Origin: Pedosphaera sp.
GTDB taxonomy: Bacteria; Verrucomicrobiota; Verrucomicrobiia; Limisphaerales; UBA1096
NCBI GenBank assembly: GCA_022451065.1
Contig: JAKUOU010000023.1
Span: 1-63,472, forward strand
Length of the DNA: 63,472 nt
Direction of reading: 5' to 3'
Shown here in pieces: positions 34,516 through 44,119 of the stretch. Both the position numbers and the translations under genes were made by a program. The notes below the pieces were generated by a model. The model made no database searches. It saw only the letters and a program-made list of their open reading frames with translations, and had not been told where the DNA came from. Every line of letters begins with the position of its first letter. Position 1 is the first letter of the stretch.

Positions 34516-35853
34516 TCAGATGAGCTCGTGGATTGGCTTGTGGCCGTCGGTGATATAGTGGGGCCGACCGGTGAGGTCCGGTAGAGTCGCCGTGTCGGTG
34601 TCGATGCCGACGTGATGGTACAGCGTAGCCAGCACCTCCATGAAATGTACCGGCCGCTCAGATGCCTCGCCTCCCAGACGATCGGTCGCGCCAATCACCT
34701 GCCCGTGCTTCATGCCGCCACCGGACAGCAGCGCGCATGAGACGCGCGGCCAGTGATCGCGGCCGCCATCCTTGTTGATTTTCGGCGTGCGGCCGAACTC
34801 GCCCCAAGCACAGACGGCCACGTCCTTGTCCAGACCGCGATCATGCAAATCCCGGATGAGCGCTGAAACCCCCTGATCGAACATCGGCATGTCACTGCGG
34901 GCATTGCCGTAGTTGTTGCCGTGCCAATCCCAAAAACTGAACGCCACCGTAACCACCCTCACGCCAGCCTCGACGAGCCGGCGGGCGACGAGGAATTGCT
35001 CTAGGATGCGCGGGGCCGCGTCACCGCGGATACCGGTGTCGCCCTTGCCGTACATCTCAATCGTGCGCTTGGGCTCGCGGGTGTGATCGAGCGCCTTAGC
35101 CAGGCGGCTTGAGGTCAGAATGCCAAACGCCTGCTGATTGAAAGAGTCCATCCCTTCCATCAAGCCGGCGGCGTCCACGTCGCGACGAAATTGGTCGAAG
35201 CTTTTCAATAGCCCCATCCGGTCCTTCAGCCGATCGAGGCTGATCCCCTTGAGAGTCATGTCCGCCTTGCCGTCGCCCTCGGGCCGGAACGACTTGTGTG
35301 CCACGCCGCAAAAACCGGGCGTGGCGGCGTTGTAAGGACTGTGTTTCATCCTTGGCTCTAGGCCGACGAACGGCGGTAACGCGGGATTGCGCGCACCCTG
35401 CAGCTTGGAGATCACCGCGCCAAATGTGGGCCAGCCTCCGGACGGTTTCTGTGAGTTGAGCGTGTGGCCGGTAAAGCAAATGTGATTGGAGTGCTCGTCA
35501 CGCGCCCCGACAATGGACCGGATCGGCGTCGCACGGTGCATTTGCTTGGCGATCAGCGGCAGCATCTCGCTAATCTGGATGCCGGGCACGGTGGTGCGAA
35601 TCGGCTTGAACTCCCCGCGAATTTCCCTCGGCGCATCCAACTTCAGGTCATACATGTCCTGATGAGGCGGGCCGCCGGGCAGGTAAATCATGATGATGGA
35701 TTTTTCGCGCTTGCCGCCGCTCGAGGTCTCGGAAGCACGCAGCAACTCCGGCAACGCCAGTCCGCCCATGCCCAAGCCGCCAATCCTAAGGAAATTGCGC
35801 CGGCTAACGCCATCACAAAATCGCCCGGAAGAATTACCGTAGATACTCAGCAT
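34516..35853 (-). CDS. DUF1501 family protein (Tat signal)
   Basis: Start ATG 35853; CDGVSRRNFL, GGPPHQDMYD, ARRLVEAGVR, WDWH, GEFGRTP, GRDHWP. Confidence 0.9.
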   Translation of the reverse strand: MLSIYGNSSGRFCDGVSRRNFLRIGGLGMGGLALPELLRASETSSGGKREKSIIMIYLPGGPPHQDMYDLKLDAPREIRGEFKPIRTTVPGIQISEMLPLIAKQMHRATPIRSIVGARDEHSNHICFTGHTLNSQKPSGGWPTFGAVISKLQGARNPALPPFVGLEPRMKHSPYNAATPGFCGVAHKSFRPEGDGKADMTLKGISLDRLKDRMGLLKSFDQFRRDVDAAGLMEGMDSFNQQAFGILTSSRLAKALDHTREPKRTIEMYGKGDTGIRGDAAPRILEQFLVARRLVEAGVRVVTVAFSFWDWHGNNYGNARSDMPMFDQGVSALIRDLHDRGLDKDVAVCAWGEFGRTPKINKDGGRDHWPRVSCALLSGGGMKHGQVIGATDRLGGEASERPVHFMEVLATLYHHVGIDTDTATLPDLTGRPHYITDGHKPIHELI

Positions 35854-36071
35854 CGCTCCCTGCTTCCGGTGGCGGCATGTGTCATGGGCAGCCACCTCCG
35901 GTCCACGCGGATGTTGCCCTCTTGGTCAATCAATGCAACCCCATTTTCCCGCCCGCTTGGTCCTACCCACTTGGCGCTTTGGTCGTGCATCACCTGACCA
36001 ATTCGCATAGCGTCCCCGGCCGCCGACAACGCGGTGGCCCTACAGTCGCCGTAACGGCCCAATGACCAACA

Positions 36072-37895
36072 ATGTTAAATCAGTTTCAAAAACGATCTGC
36101 ACGCCTGGCCCTGGCCGCCCTACTACTCTCCACAGCGCTTGGCCAAGCGCATGTAGGGGAACATCCCTCTGTTCACGACACGGTGGCCGGCATTATCGAC
36201 CGTTTCAGCAAGACCATGTCGCTAAAGGAACTCAACGCGATGGATGCTTCCAAGGCCAAGTCGCTGCTAACGGAAAAGGAACTGCACATTTTGGCAACAG
36301 AACACATCACCTTCCGTGTCAACGTGCCGGTGAAAGTGATTATCATCCGCGAGACAGCCATGGGAGACAAACCATTCTGGCTGAAGGATAGCGGATTCAC
36401 TCCGATGGGATTCAAAATCACCTTACAGGGTACAGAAGTGGATTTTTGGATGAAGGATTTCGAGGCCGGCCGAATCGGCCTCGGTGTCAACTCGCTCACC
36501 GGCGGTAACTCGCATTACATAGCGGCACTGATGCCGCTCAAGAAAGAGACAAAGCTGGAGGTCACCGAACTATATCCCGGCCAACTCCGCGTAGGCGCAC
36601 TCAAGGACGGCCTTCAGCCATTCGTCGATCGTCCCGAGGCGATGCCGAAGCTCCCTGTGCTGCCCGGCGTGCTCTCCGGGCTGGCGGTGATCCGCACTCA
36701 AAACGAAAGCCGTGATGACGCCAAACTGATCAACCTGTTCCGCAATACAAATCACCCCGCCTTGGCCAAGCCGGACCAAGTCGTGCTTACGTGGAGCGGC
36801 GACCCGAAGACCACCCAATCCATCCAATGGCGCACCGGGCCAAGTGTCACCAAAGGCGAAGTGCAGTGGGTGAAAAAATCAGACTACAACCGATTCCAAC
36901 CGGCCCAGCCCAAGCAGACGAAAGCCACGACGTTCAAGATGGAGAATGCTAACCTGCTGAACGATCCTGCCGTCCACCGACACACGGTCACCCTCACCGG
37001 CCTCGATCCGGGCACGGCCTACATTTACTCTGTCGGTGACGGCTCGGACGACGGCTGGTCGGAGTTGGCGGAGTTCACCACCGCGCCGGGCCGAACAGAG
37101 CCGTTCTCGTTTATGTACATGGGGGACGCACAAAACGGGCTTGAGCGCTGGGGCAGCCTAGTTCAAAGCGCCTACCGCCAGCGTCCCGACGTGGCATTTT
37201 GCATCATGGCCGGCGATCTAGTCGATCGCGGCAACGAGCGCGATGACTGGGACAGCTTTTTCCACAGTTCCCGGGGTGTCTACGACCACTGCCCCGTTGT
37301 CCCTGCCATCGGCAACCACGAAAACCAGGGCGGCCACCCTGGCATGTACCTCCAGATGTTCGACCTTCCGAAAAACGGCCCAGAAGGCATCGAGCCCGAA
37401 AGGGCGTACACCTTCCGCTATAGCAACGCCGAATTCTTCGTGCTCGATACCAACCTGACAATGGAAAGCCAAGCTGCCTGGCTGGAAAAAGCCCTCGCTG
37501 CCAGCACGGCGACGTGGAAGTTTGCCGTGTATCACCACCCCGCCTACTCCTCCAAGCCGGAGCGGGACAATCCCAGCATCCGCGAGCACTGGACGCCGTT
37601 ATTCGACAAGTATCACCTCGACATGGCCCTGCAGGGGCACGACCACGCCTACCTCCGCACTTACCCGATAAAGGATCAAAAAAAAGTGGCCAGCACTGCT
37701 GAAGGCACCGTGTATATCGTTTCCGTCTCCGGCACAAAATACTACGAGCAGGACAAGCGCGAATACACCGAGTTTGGCATGACCAATACCTCCACTTTCC
37801 AAGTACTCGATATCCAGATCAGCGGTAACCGCCTCGTGTATCGCTCCTACGACACTGATGGGAAACTGAGGGACAACCTCATCATCGAGAAGTAG
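36072..37895 (+). CDS. secreted purple-acid-phosphatase-type metallophosphoesterase with FN3-like domain
   Basis: Signal peptide; LTGLDPGTAYIYSVG; GDAQ, AGDLVD, GNHE, HHPAY, GHDH. Confidence 0.9.
   Translation: MLNQFQKRSARLALAALLLSTALGQAHVGEHPSVHDTVAGIIDRFSKTMSLKELNAMDASKAKSLLTEKELHILATEHITFRVNVPVKVIIIRETAMGDKPFWLKDSGFTPMGFKITLQGTEVDFWMKDFEAGRIGLGVNSLTGGNSHYIAALMPLKKETKLEVTELYPGQLRVGALKDGLQPFVDRPEAMPKLPVLPGVLSGLAVIRTQNESRDDAKLINLFRNTNHPALAKPDQVVLTWSGDPKTTQSIQWRTGPSVTKGEVQWVKKSDYNRFQPAQPKQTKATTFKMENANLLNDPAVHRHTVTLTGLDPGTAYIYSVGDGSDDGWSELAEFTTAPGRTEPFSFMYMGDAQNGLERWGSLVQSAYRQRPDVAFCIMAGDLVDRGNERDDWDSFFHSSRGVYDHCPVVPAIGNHENQGGHPGMYLQMFDLPKNGPEGIEPERAYTFRYSNAEFFVLDTNLTMESQAAWLEKALAASTATWKFAVYHHPAYSSKPERDNPSIREHWTPLFDKYHLDMALQGHDHAYLRTYPIKDQKKVASTAEGTVYIVSVSGTKYYEQDKREYTEFGMTNTSTFQVLDIQISGNRLVYRSYDTDGKLRDNLIIEK
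36135..36150. repeat. extended copy of the highly iterated palindrome GCGCTTGGCCAAGCGC
   Basis: 16-bp perfect palindrome; core CTTGGCCAAG found 15 times in the window by manual scan (see findings). Confidence 0.9.
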
Positions 37896-37949
37896 CCAAA
37901 AGACTTGCGCCACTTGGCCAAGCGGAACAGCCTACCGCTGTTCATCCCA

Positions 37950-38753
37950 ATGCAAACAGTACGGCAAAATCGGTCTGGCTTCACACTCATTGAATTACTG
38001 GTGGTGATCGCCATCATCGCGATCCTTGCCGGCATGTTGCTACCTGCATTGGCCAAGGCCAAAAGCAAGGCCACCGGCGCCAAGTGTTCCAGTAACCTGC
38101 GGCAGATGGGCATCGGGCTCATCGCGTTCTCGGATGACTTCGGACACTATCCAGTCGGCATCAACGGCAACCGCGGTTCCACGTGGATTTGGCCGTCGCA
38201 AATCCGCCAATACCTCGGTGGGGCCAGCGCCAAGAGCACCGAGCTTTTCAAATGCCCCTCGGCCCCCGACAAGGCCCAGTGGAAAGTGAAATTCAAGGGC
38301 AGCCAACCGGCCGAGGATGGCTATCTCAAGGGCGAGGTGCGACTCATCCCCGGCGGGAGCAGTTTCATGAGTTACGGCTATAACGTCTGGGGCGCCTGGG
38401 CGGGAATGATCCCAAACCAGGGCATGGGTGTCTACAAGGGGCACCCCGACTGGGGTGAAACCAAACCCAACCAAGTCAAGGTACCCAGCGAGATGATCGC
38501 GCTTGGTGACAGCAACTGGGATCTGACGCGCAAGGGGGACCGAGACTGGAGTGGCTTCATTGGCATGTACGAGGAACGCCAATGGCCGTTACCCCTCCAC
38601 AGCGATCGGGCAGAAATTTTATTCGTCGATGGCCACGTCACAGCTGAAAGACGTATCGACCTCGCCGCTCAACGCAACAGGGATCAAGCCCGTAAAGACG
38701 CTGCAGCCAAGCGCTGGAACCTCGATAACACTCCGCACCACAATCGGCGCTAA
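37950..38753 (+). CDS. prepilin-type / H-X9-DG domain protein
   Basis: Start ATG 37950; [29 protein letters not shown]; FKCPS; HSDRAEILFVDGH. Confidence 0.9.
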   Translation: MQTVRQNRSGFTLIELLVVIAIIAILAGMLLPALAKAKSKATGAKCSSNLRQMGIGLIAFSDDFGHYPVGINGNRGSTWIWPSQIRQYLGGASAKSTELFKCPSAPDKAQWKVKFKGSQPAEDGYLKGEVRLIPGGSSFMSYGYNVWGAWAGMIPNQGMGVYKGHPDWGETKPNQVKVPSEMIALGDSNWDLTRKGDRDWSGFIGMYEERQWPLPLHSDRAEILFVDGHVTAERRIDLAAQRNRDQARKDAAAKRWNLDNTPHHNRR

Positions 38754-38803
38754 AAAAAGAGAGCCACTAGGGCCCCCTTCAATTGAATTGATTCGGTGTC
38801 GGT

Positions 38804-39736
38804 TCAGGACAGTTCGTCACGAACCGTCTCGAGCAACTGCTTGGTTTTCTTGATGCCAGTGTAGGCATCGACCTTGCTGCCCTCGTACTCGATCCCAACG
38901 TAGCCGTGGTAACCGGCAGCGAGAACAATGTTCATCATCCGGCGATAGTCGGTCCGAACCTCATCGCCTTTTTCATCGAACTCGTGAGACTTGGCGCTGA
39001 CCGCCTTGGCAAATGGCATCAACTCGGTCACTCCCTGATAACGGTCGTACCACTTGCCGTCGCCGACGTTGAAGTTCCCAAAGTCCGGCAAGGTTCCGCA
39101 GTTGGGCAGATTAACGATTTTCATCACGCCAGCGAGCCAGGCACCGTTAGACGACAGGCCCCCGTGGTTCTCCACGATCACGTTCAGGCCAAGCTTGGCT
39201 CCATACTCAGACAAGCTACGCAAGCCGTCGGCAGCCAACTTCTGTTTCTCCTCAAAACTGCCGTTACCGGTTGTGGCGGCGTTGACCCGGATGGAATGGC
39301 AACCGAGAAATTTGGCCGCGTCGACCCATTTATGATGGTTCAGCACCGCCTTATTACGCTCGGCAGTGTCCCCGTGACCAAGCGATCCTTCGCCATCGAC
39401 CATGATCAACAGGCTCTTCACACCGTGATCGGCCGCGCGCGATTTCAATTGGCCAAGGTAGGATTCGTCGTTGGCCTTGTCCTTGAAGAACTGGTTCACA
39501 TACTCGATAGCATCAAGATCGAACTCCTCCTTCGTTACCTTAGCAAAATCGAGTGCGTTTAGCTTCCCACCGAAGAACTGGCGGTTCAGCGACCACTGCG
39601 CCAACGAGATATCGTAAAGCGAATTACTGCTACCGCCAGCCAAGCTTTGGCAACCGACCGCCGCCGCCGCACCCATGGCACCAACGGCAAGCGAAGACTG
39701 CTTCACAAATTCACGTCGATTCATCTTTTTTATCAT
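38804..39736 (-). CDS. Tat-exported sugar phosphate isomerase/epimerase (xylose-isomerase-like TIM barrel)
   Basis: NRREFVK Tat motif; SLAQWS, ENHGGLS, LPDFGNF, GIEYEG. Confidence 0.9.
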   Translation of the reverse strand: MIKKMNRREFVKQSSLAVGAMGAAAAVGCQSLAGGSSNSLYDISLAQWSLNRQFFGGKLNALDFAKVTKEEFDLDAIEYVNQFFKDKANDESYLGQLKSRAADHGVKSLLIMVDGEGSLGHGDTAERNKAVLNHHKWVDAAKFLGCHSIRVNAATTGNGSFEEKQKLAADGLRSLSEYGAKLGLNVIVENHGGLSSNGAWLAGVMKIVNLPNCGTLPDFGNFNVGDGKWYDRYQGVTELMPFAKAVSAKSHEFDEKGDEVRTDYRRMMNIVLAAGYHGYVGIEYEGSKVDAYTGIKKTKQLLETVRDELS

Positions 39737-39764
39737 GATAGTTATTTAATTAAAATTATGCACT

Positions 39765-41081
39765 TTATTCTGTAGAAGCCTTCTCCTGTTTTACCTTATC
39801 CCAAAAAGCAAAGGCAAAAATAACAGCAACCACCAGCGCCATTAAACTTGGAAACATCCAGAAAGTTTTCCAGTTCGCCATAGCATCTTGAACAATTCCA
39901 GCTGTCGCTGTTGGTTTTTCTGTTAGAAACATTTTCCCGAAAGACTCCCAAAATCCAAAAGTCGGGGTCTCAATCGTAGCAGCAAGCGCATCGGAACTTT
40001 CTTGAACCGCGGCAAATTTGGCACCGGCAATTTTATAGCCAAAAAACATGCCCACACCCTGGGTAAAGAAAACCAAAAGTGACTGCGCCTGACTTCGAAC
40101 CTCCTTTGGCGCCTTGTTGTCCGTGTACATAAAGCCGGTCACAAAGAAAAAATCATAACAAATACCGTGAAGCACCACTCCTAGCATAATCATCCAGACG
40201 ACTTGATCCGGTGCACCCATGGCAAATAACGCATAGCGGGCAACCCATGCCAGCATTCCGATCAATATCATGATTTTCACGCCCAATTTCCGGAAGAAAA
40301 ACGGGACAAGTAGCATAAAAAATATTTCAGACACTTGACCAAGTGCCATGGTGGAGGCCGGAGCCTGGAACCCTATTTGAGGAAGGTAAACTGAAGTATA
40401 AGCAAAGTAGTAGGCCAACGGAACACAGATCAAAGCAGAACAAATGATAAAGATTAAAAAGGGAATGCTCCCAAGCAGTTTAAATGCATCAAACATAAAC
40501 AATGTCCCAACATCCACTGGCTTCCCCCTGCCAGGAGGAGGTGTTTTCGGCATGAAGAAACAAAGCACTCCCAATACAATTCCAGAAACTGCACCCAAGG
40601 TGAAAATCTTAGGGCTACTGGACATGCCTAGACCACCAACGACCAAACCGGCAACAATCCAACCAATCGTTCCCCAAACACGAAGTGCGGGAAATTTGTT
40701 TCGATCATCAATGTTTGCAAACGCAACTGTGTTACTGAGGGCGAGCGTCGGCATATAACACAACATGTGCGCCATAATAATCCAACTCAATGCATCTCCC
40801 TTGCCATTGGCAATAAGTTGCGGTGCCACAAACAGTAATAGACCGCCAACGACATGCAGCACGCCCATCGTTTTCTCACAATTGAAGAAGCGATCAGAAA
40901 TCAACCCAAGAAATAACGGCGCAATGATCGCAGCAAGCGGAACAGCTGAATAAGCACCTCCTATGATATCACTCAGATTATTAGTTGATAAAGCCAATCC
41001 AAGTGTCGTAAACCACGTACCCCAGACAAAAAACTGGAGGAACATCATAATCGAAAGCTTGATACGGATGGATGAATTCAT
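39765..41081 (-). CDS. MFS nucleoside:H+ symporter family transporter (NupG/YegT-like)
   Basis: MMFLQFFVWG, YMPTLALSN, RVWGTIGWI, GQVSEIFF, HGICYDFFFV; about 12 TM helices. Confidence 0.9.
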   Translation of the reverse strand: MNSSIRIKLSIMMFLQFFVWGTWFTTLGLALSTNNLSDIIGGAYSAVPLAAIIAPLFLGLISDRFFNCEKTMGVLHVVGGLLLFVAPQLIANGKGDALSWIIMAHMLCYMPTLALSNTVAFANIDDRNKFPALRVWGTIGWIVAGLVVGGLGMSSSPKIFTLGAVSGIVLGVLCFFMPKTPPPGRGKPVDVGTLFMFDAFKLLGSIPFLIFIICSALICVPLAYYFAYTSVYLPQIGFQAPASTMALGQVSEIFFMLLVPFFFRKLGVKIMILIGMLAWVARYALFAMGAPDQVVWMIMLGVVLHGICYDFFFVTGFMYTDNKAPKEVRSQAQSLLVFFTQGVGMFFGYKIAGAKFAAVQESSDALAATIETPTFGFWESFGKMFLTEKPTATAGIVQDAMANWKTFWMFPSLMALVVAVIFAFAFWDKVKQEKASTE

Positions 41082-41188
41082 TTGTTAAGGGATTTGGGGT
41101 TATTGATTCGCTCGACCAAGCGGGTTGCAAGCTGCCAAACGGAACAAGGAGGACAATAGCCCTTGGCCAGGCGCTTGGTCAAGGGCAC

Positions 41189-41215
41189 AAAAAAGGCGGG
41201 CCAAGTGGCCCGCCT
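41189..41215 (-). terminator. intrinsic terminator of pnp
   Basis: Minus strand AGGCGGGCC-ACTT-GGCCCGCCT followed by a T-run. Confidence 0.85.
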
Positions 41216-41240
41216 GAAATGGTTTTGTTCGCCTAGTGAC

Positions 41241-43418
41241 TTACTCTTCTGAGTCGTCGTTGGTGTCCGGCCCTTCCCCACCCTCTTCATCGTCGCTGAA
41301 CTCGGCCTTGCGCTCCTCCATCGCAGCCTTGCGCGAGAGCTTGACGCGACCCTTGTCGTCCACGCCGATGCACTTGACCCAGATCTCGTCGCCGTCCTTG
41401 ACGATATCCTCGGTCTTCTTGACGCGGAAGTTAGCCAACTCGCTGATGTGCACAAGACCGTCCTTGCCAGGCAACACCTCAACAAAACAGCCGAAGTCCT
41501 TGATGGAAACAACCTTGCCCCGGTAAAGCTTGCCAACCTCTACCTCGGCTGTGATGCCTTCGATGCAATCCTTGGCCACCTGCAATCCCTCGGCTGACAT
41601 GGAGTATACCAAAACGCGGCCGTCGTCCTCGATGTTGATCTCGCAACCGGACTCCTCGACAATTCGCTTGATGTTCTTGCCGCCTGGGCCGATCAACTCG
41701 CCGATCTTCGAAGGGTCGATAGGGATGGTGACAATTCGCGGCGCGTAGGGGCTCATTTCTTCACGCTCCTTGGCCAGACAACCGCCCATGTTGGCGAGAA
41801 TCTCGGTGCGGGCCGTCTTGGCCTTGGCGATGGCCTCCTCCATAATAGACTGTGGGATGCCGTGCAGCTTGAGGTCGAGTTGGAATCCGGTGATACCCTG
41901 GTCGGTTCCAGCGATTTTGCAGTCCATGTCGCAGAATGCGTCCTCCCACCCGATGATGTCTGTGAGCAGCTTGTACGCCTCGATCTCCTTGTTGTCGTTG
42001 GTGCGCGTGCAAAGGCCGATACTGATGCCGGCCACGGAACGCTTCAACGGGACACCTGCATCAAGCAGCGCCAATGTGCCGCTGCAGACGGCGGCCATCG
42101 ACGTGGAACCGTTGGACTCCATAATCTCCGCGGTGATACGCACCGCATACGGGAAATCCTCGATGTTCGGGATGACCGGTGCAATGGAACGTTCGGCCAG
42201 TGCGCCATGACCAATCTCACGACGGCCAGGTCCCATGATGCGACCGGTTTCCCCGACGGAAAAGTTCGGGAAGTTGTAGTGCAACATGAACCGCTTCTCG
42301 TTCGGGCCTCCGGTGTAGGCGTCGTACGATTGCGTATCATCGGTCGTGCCCAGTGTGACCAGCGACAAGCCCTGCGTTTCACCACGGGCAAAAAGACCCG
42401 AGCCGTGGGTGCGGGGGATCATGCCGGCCTCGCTAATGAGTTGGCGCATGTCATCAAAGCCGCGACCGTCGAGTCGCTTGCCATCGTCGAGCACCAGCTT
42501 GCGCACGGCAGCTTTTTGAATGCTGTAAAACGCCTCACCGACAATGAAGCCTGTGATGTTTTCATCGCCAAATTTCTCGATGAGTTTTTCCTCCATCTCA
42601 TCCTTGAGGGCGTTGCACGCAGCCTCGCGCTCCAACTTGGCCTGAATAAGCAACGCATCAGTGATACGGCCTGAGATGATCTCTTCCGCCTCCTCTTGCA
42701 CGTCTGGCTCGACCACTCGGGGGGTGAATTCGCGCTTGGCTTTCCCGACCGCAGCGCACAATTCCTTCTGTGCCGCGATGAGCGGCGCGATCGAATCCTG
42801 GCCGAACTTCAGTGCCTCGAGAAAATCGGCTTCCGGGATTTCGTCGGCAGAACCCTCGAACATGACCATGTTCGACTCATTGCCGACATAAACCAGATCG
42901 AGGTCGCTTAACTCCATTTGTTCATGGGTCGGGTTGGCCACAAACTCGCCGCCGACTCGTCCGACGCGAACCGCACCGATCGGCCCGGCGAACGGCAGGT
43001 CGCTGATCATCAGCGCTGCTGAAGCGCCGTTGATTGACAGGATATCCGAGTCGTTTTCCCCGTCTGCGCTGAGCAGCAGGGTCTGGATCTGCACCTCATT
43101 GAAATACCCCTTGGGGAACAGTGGGCGAATCGGGCGATCCGTGACGCGACACGTGAGGATTTCCTTCTCAGAGGGGCGGCCTTCGCGTTTGAAGAAACCG
43201 CCGGGAAAACGACCAGCAGCAGCGGCCTTTTCACGGTAATCGACCGTGAGCGGGAAAAAGTCCAGGCCCGGACGGGGCTTGGACGATCCACAGGCTGCCA
43301 CCAGAACGATGGTGTCTCCGAGTTGGACGGTTACTGAGCCGTCCGCTTGTTTGGCTATTTTGCCGGATTCAATATGAATCTCTGCACCGCCAACGTTGGC
43401 GGTTACTTTATGTGACAT
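41241..43418 (-). CDS. pnp: polyribonucleotide nucleotidyltransferase (PNPase)
   Basis: [39 protein letters not shown] (IGPGGKNIK) and S1 domains. Confidence 0.98.
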   Translation of the reverse strand: MSHKVTANVGGAEIHIESGKIAKQADGSVTVQLGDTIVLVAACGSSKPRPGLDFFPLTVDYREKAAAAGRFPGGFFKREGRPSEKEILTCRVTDRPIRPLFPKGYFNEVQIQTLLLSADGENDSDILSINGASAALMISDLPFAGPIGAVRVGRVGGEFVANPTHEQMELSDLDLVYVGNESNMVMFEGSADEIPEADFLEALKFGQDSIAPLIAAQKELCAAVGKAKREFTPRVVEPDVQEEAEEIISGRITDALLIQAKLEREAACNALKDEMEEKLIEKFGDENITGFIVGEAFYSIQKAAVRKLVLDDGKRLDGRGFDDMRQLISEAGMIPRTHGSGLFARGETQGLSLVTLGTTDDTQSYDAYTGGPNEKRFMLHYNFPNFSVGETGRIMGPGRREIGHGALAERSIAPVIPNIEDFPYAVRITAEIMESNGSTSMAAVCSGTLALLDAGVPLKRSVAGISIGLCTRTNDNKEIEAYKLLTDIIGWEDAFCDMDCKIAGTDQGITGFQLDLKLHGIPQSIMEEAIAKAKTARTEILANMGGCLAKEREEMSPYAPRIVTIPIDPSKIGELIGPGGKNIKRIVEESGCEINIEDDGRVLVYSMSAEGLQVAKDCIEGITAEVEVGKLYRGKVVSIKDFGCFVEVLPGKDGLVHISELANFRVKKTEDIVKDGDEIWVKCIGVDDKGRVKLSRKAAMEERKAEFSDDEEGGEGPDTNDDSEE

Positions 43419-43435
43419 GTTTATCTTTCCGTAAT

Positions 43436-43521
43436 GTCACGCCCGCTGGCACGGAGAACTTCACTCAAACTCCCGGGAGGTCGGAGGGCTGAATGAAATG
43501 CTCAGAACCAACAAACGCGAC
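43436..43521 (-). promoter_or_regulatory. long RNA stem-loop in the pnp 5' leader
   Basis: On the mRNA, GUCGCGUUUGUUGGU pairs fully with GCCAGCGGGCGUGAC using several G-U pairs; GAGCAUUUCAUUCAG pairs with UUGAGUGAAGUUCUC with one mismatch. Confidence 0.75.
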
Positions 43522-43653
43522 GATTCATGCGGCTCAGTCTAGGGCAACAGGGGATCGGGCCGCGATTTCCAATCCGCCGGGTGGATAATTTCCGCCGGCA
43601 TGGCGTTGCCAAAAATTTCGCTGAAAAGAAAGGTCGAATTAACCCGCGCAACT

Positions 43654-43911
43654 CTAGTGCCTCAGCTTGAGGCGCTGGGTCAATGAGCGATACCGGTTCG
43701 CGTCGTGGCGGTGGACATAGTCCAGCAGGCGACGACGGCGACCCACCATCATGAGTAGGCCGCGCCGTGAGGCGTGATCCTTCTTGTTGATCTTCAGGTG
43801 CTCGGTCAAGTGGTTGATGCGCTCTGTCAACAGCGCTATCTGGACATCCGCCGAACCGGTGTCCGTCTCGTGAAGGCGATATCCTTCGATTGTGTTGGCC
43901 TTCTCTTCCAT
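43654..43911 (-). CDS. rpsO: 30S ribosomal protein S15
   Basis: Start ATG 43911; [36 protein letters not shown]; upstream of pnp. Confidence 0.97.
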   Translation of the reverse strand: MEEKANTIEGYRLHETDTGSADVQIALLTERINHLTEHLKINKKDHASRRGLLMMVGRRRRLLDYVHRHDANRYRSLTQRLKLRH

Positions 43912-43957
43912 TCCTTTCAATCTCTTTGCCTCTTTTCTCTTCTCGAAAAGGCGGGGC

Positions 43958-43985
43958 AAACTACCAGCAAAATCCTTGTTGTAAA
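43958..43985 (-). promoter_or_regulatory. putative rpsO-pnp promoter
   Basis: Minus strand TTTACA-16 nt-TAGTTT. Confidence 0.5.
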
Positions 43986-44085
43986 GCACTTTAATCCTGT
44001 TTTTTTAGGATTTCCGGGCTGTTCCTGCCCCCGTGCTTGACCAAACCGAGGACGACTGTTTCCCACATCTAGCCAAAACGCAATA

Positions 44086-44113
44086 TTGACCCCCGACAGG
44101 TGAATCCTACACT
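44086..44113 (+). promoter_or_regulatory. sigma70-like promoter 6 nt before the GTG start (leaderless candidate)
   Basis: TTGACC-16 nt-TACACT-6 nt-GTG 44120. Confidence 0.6.
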
Positions 44114-44119
44114 CCGCGC

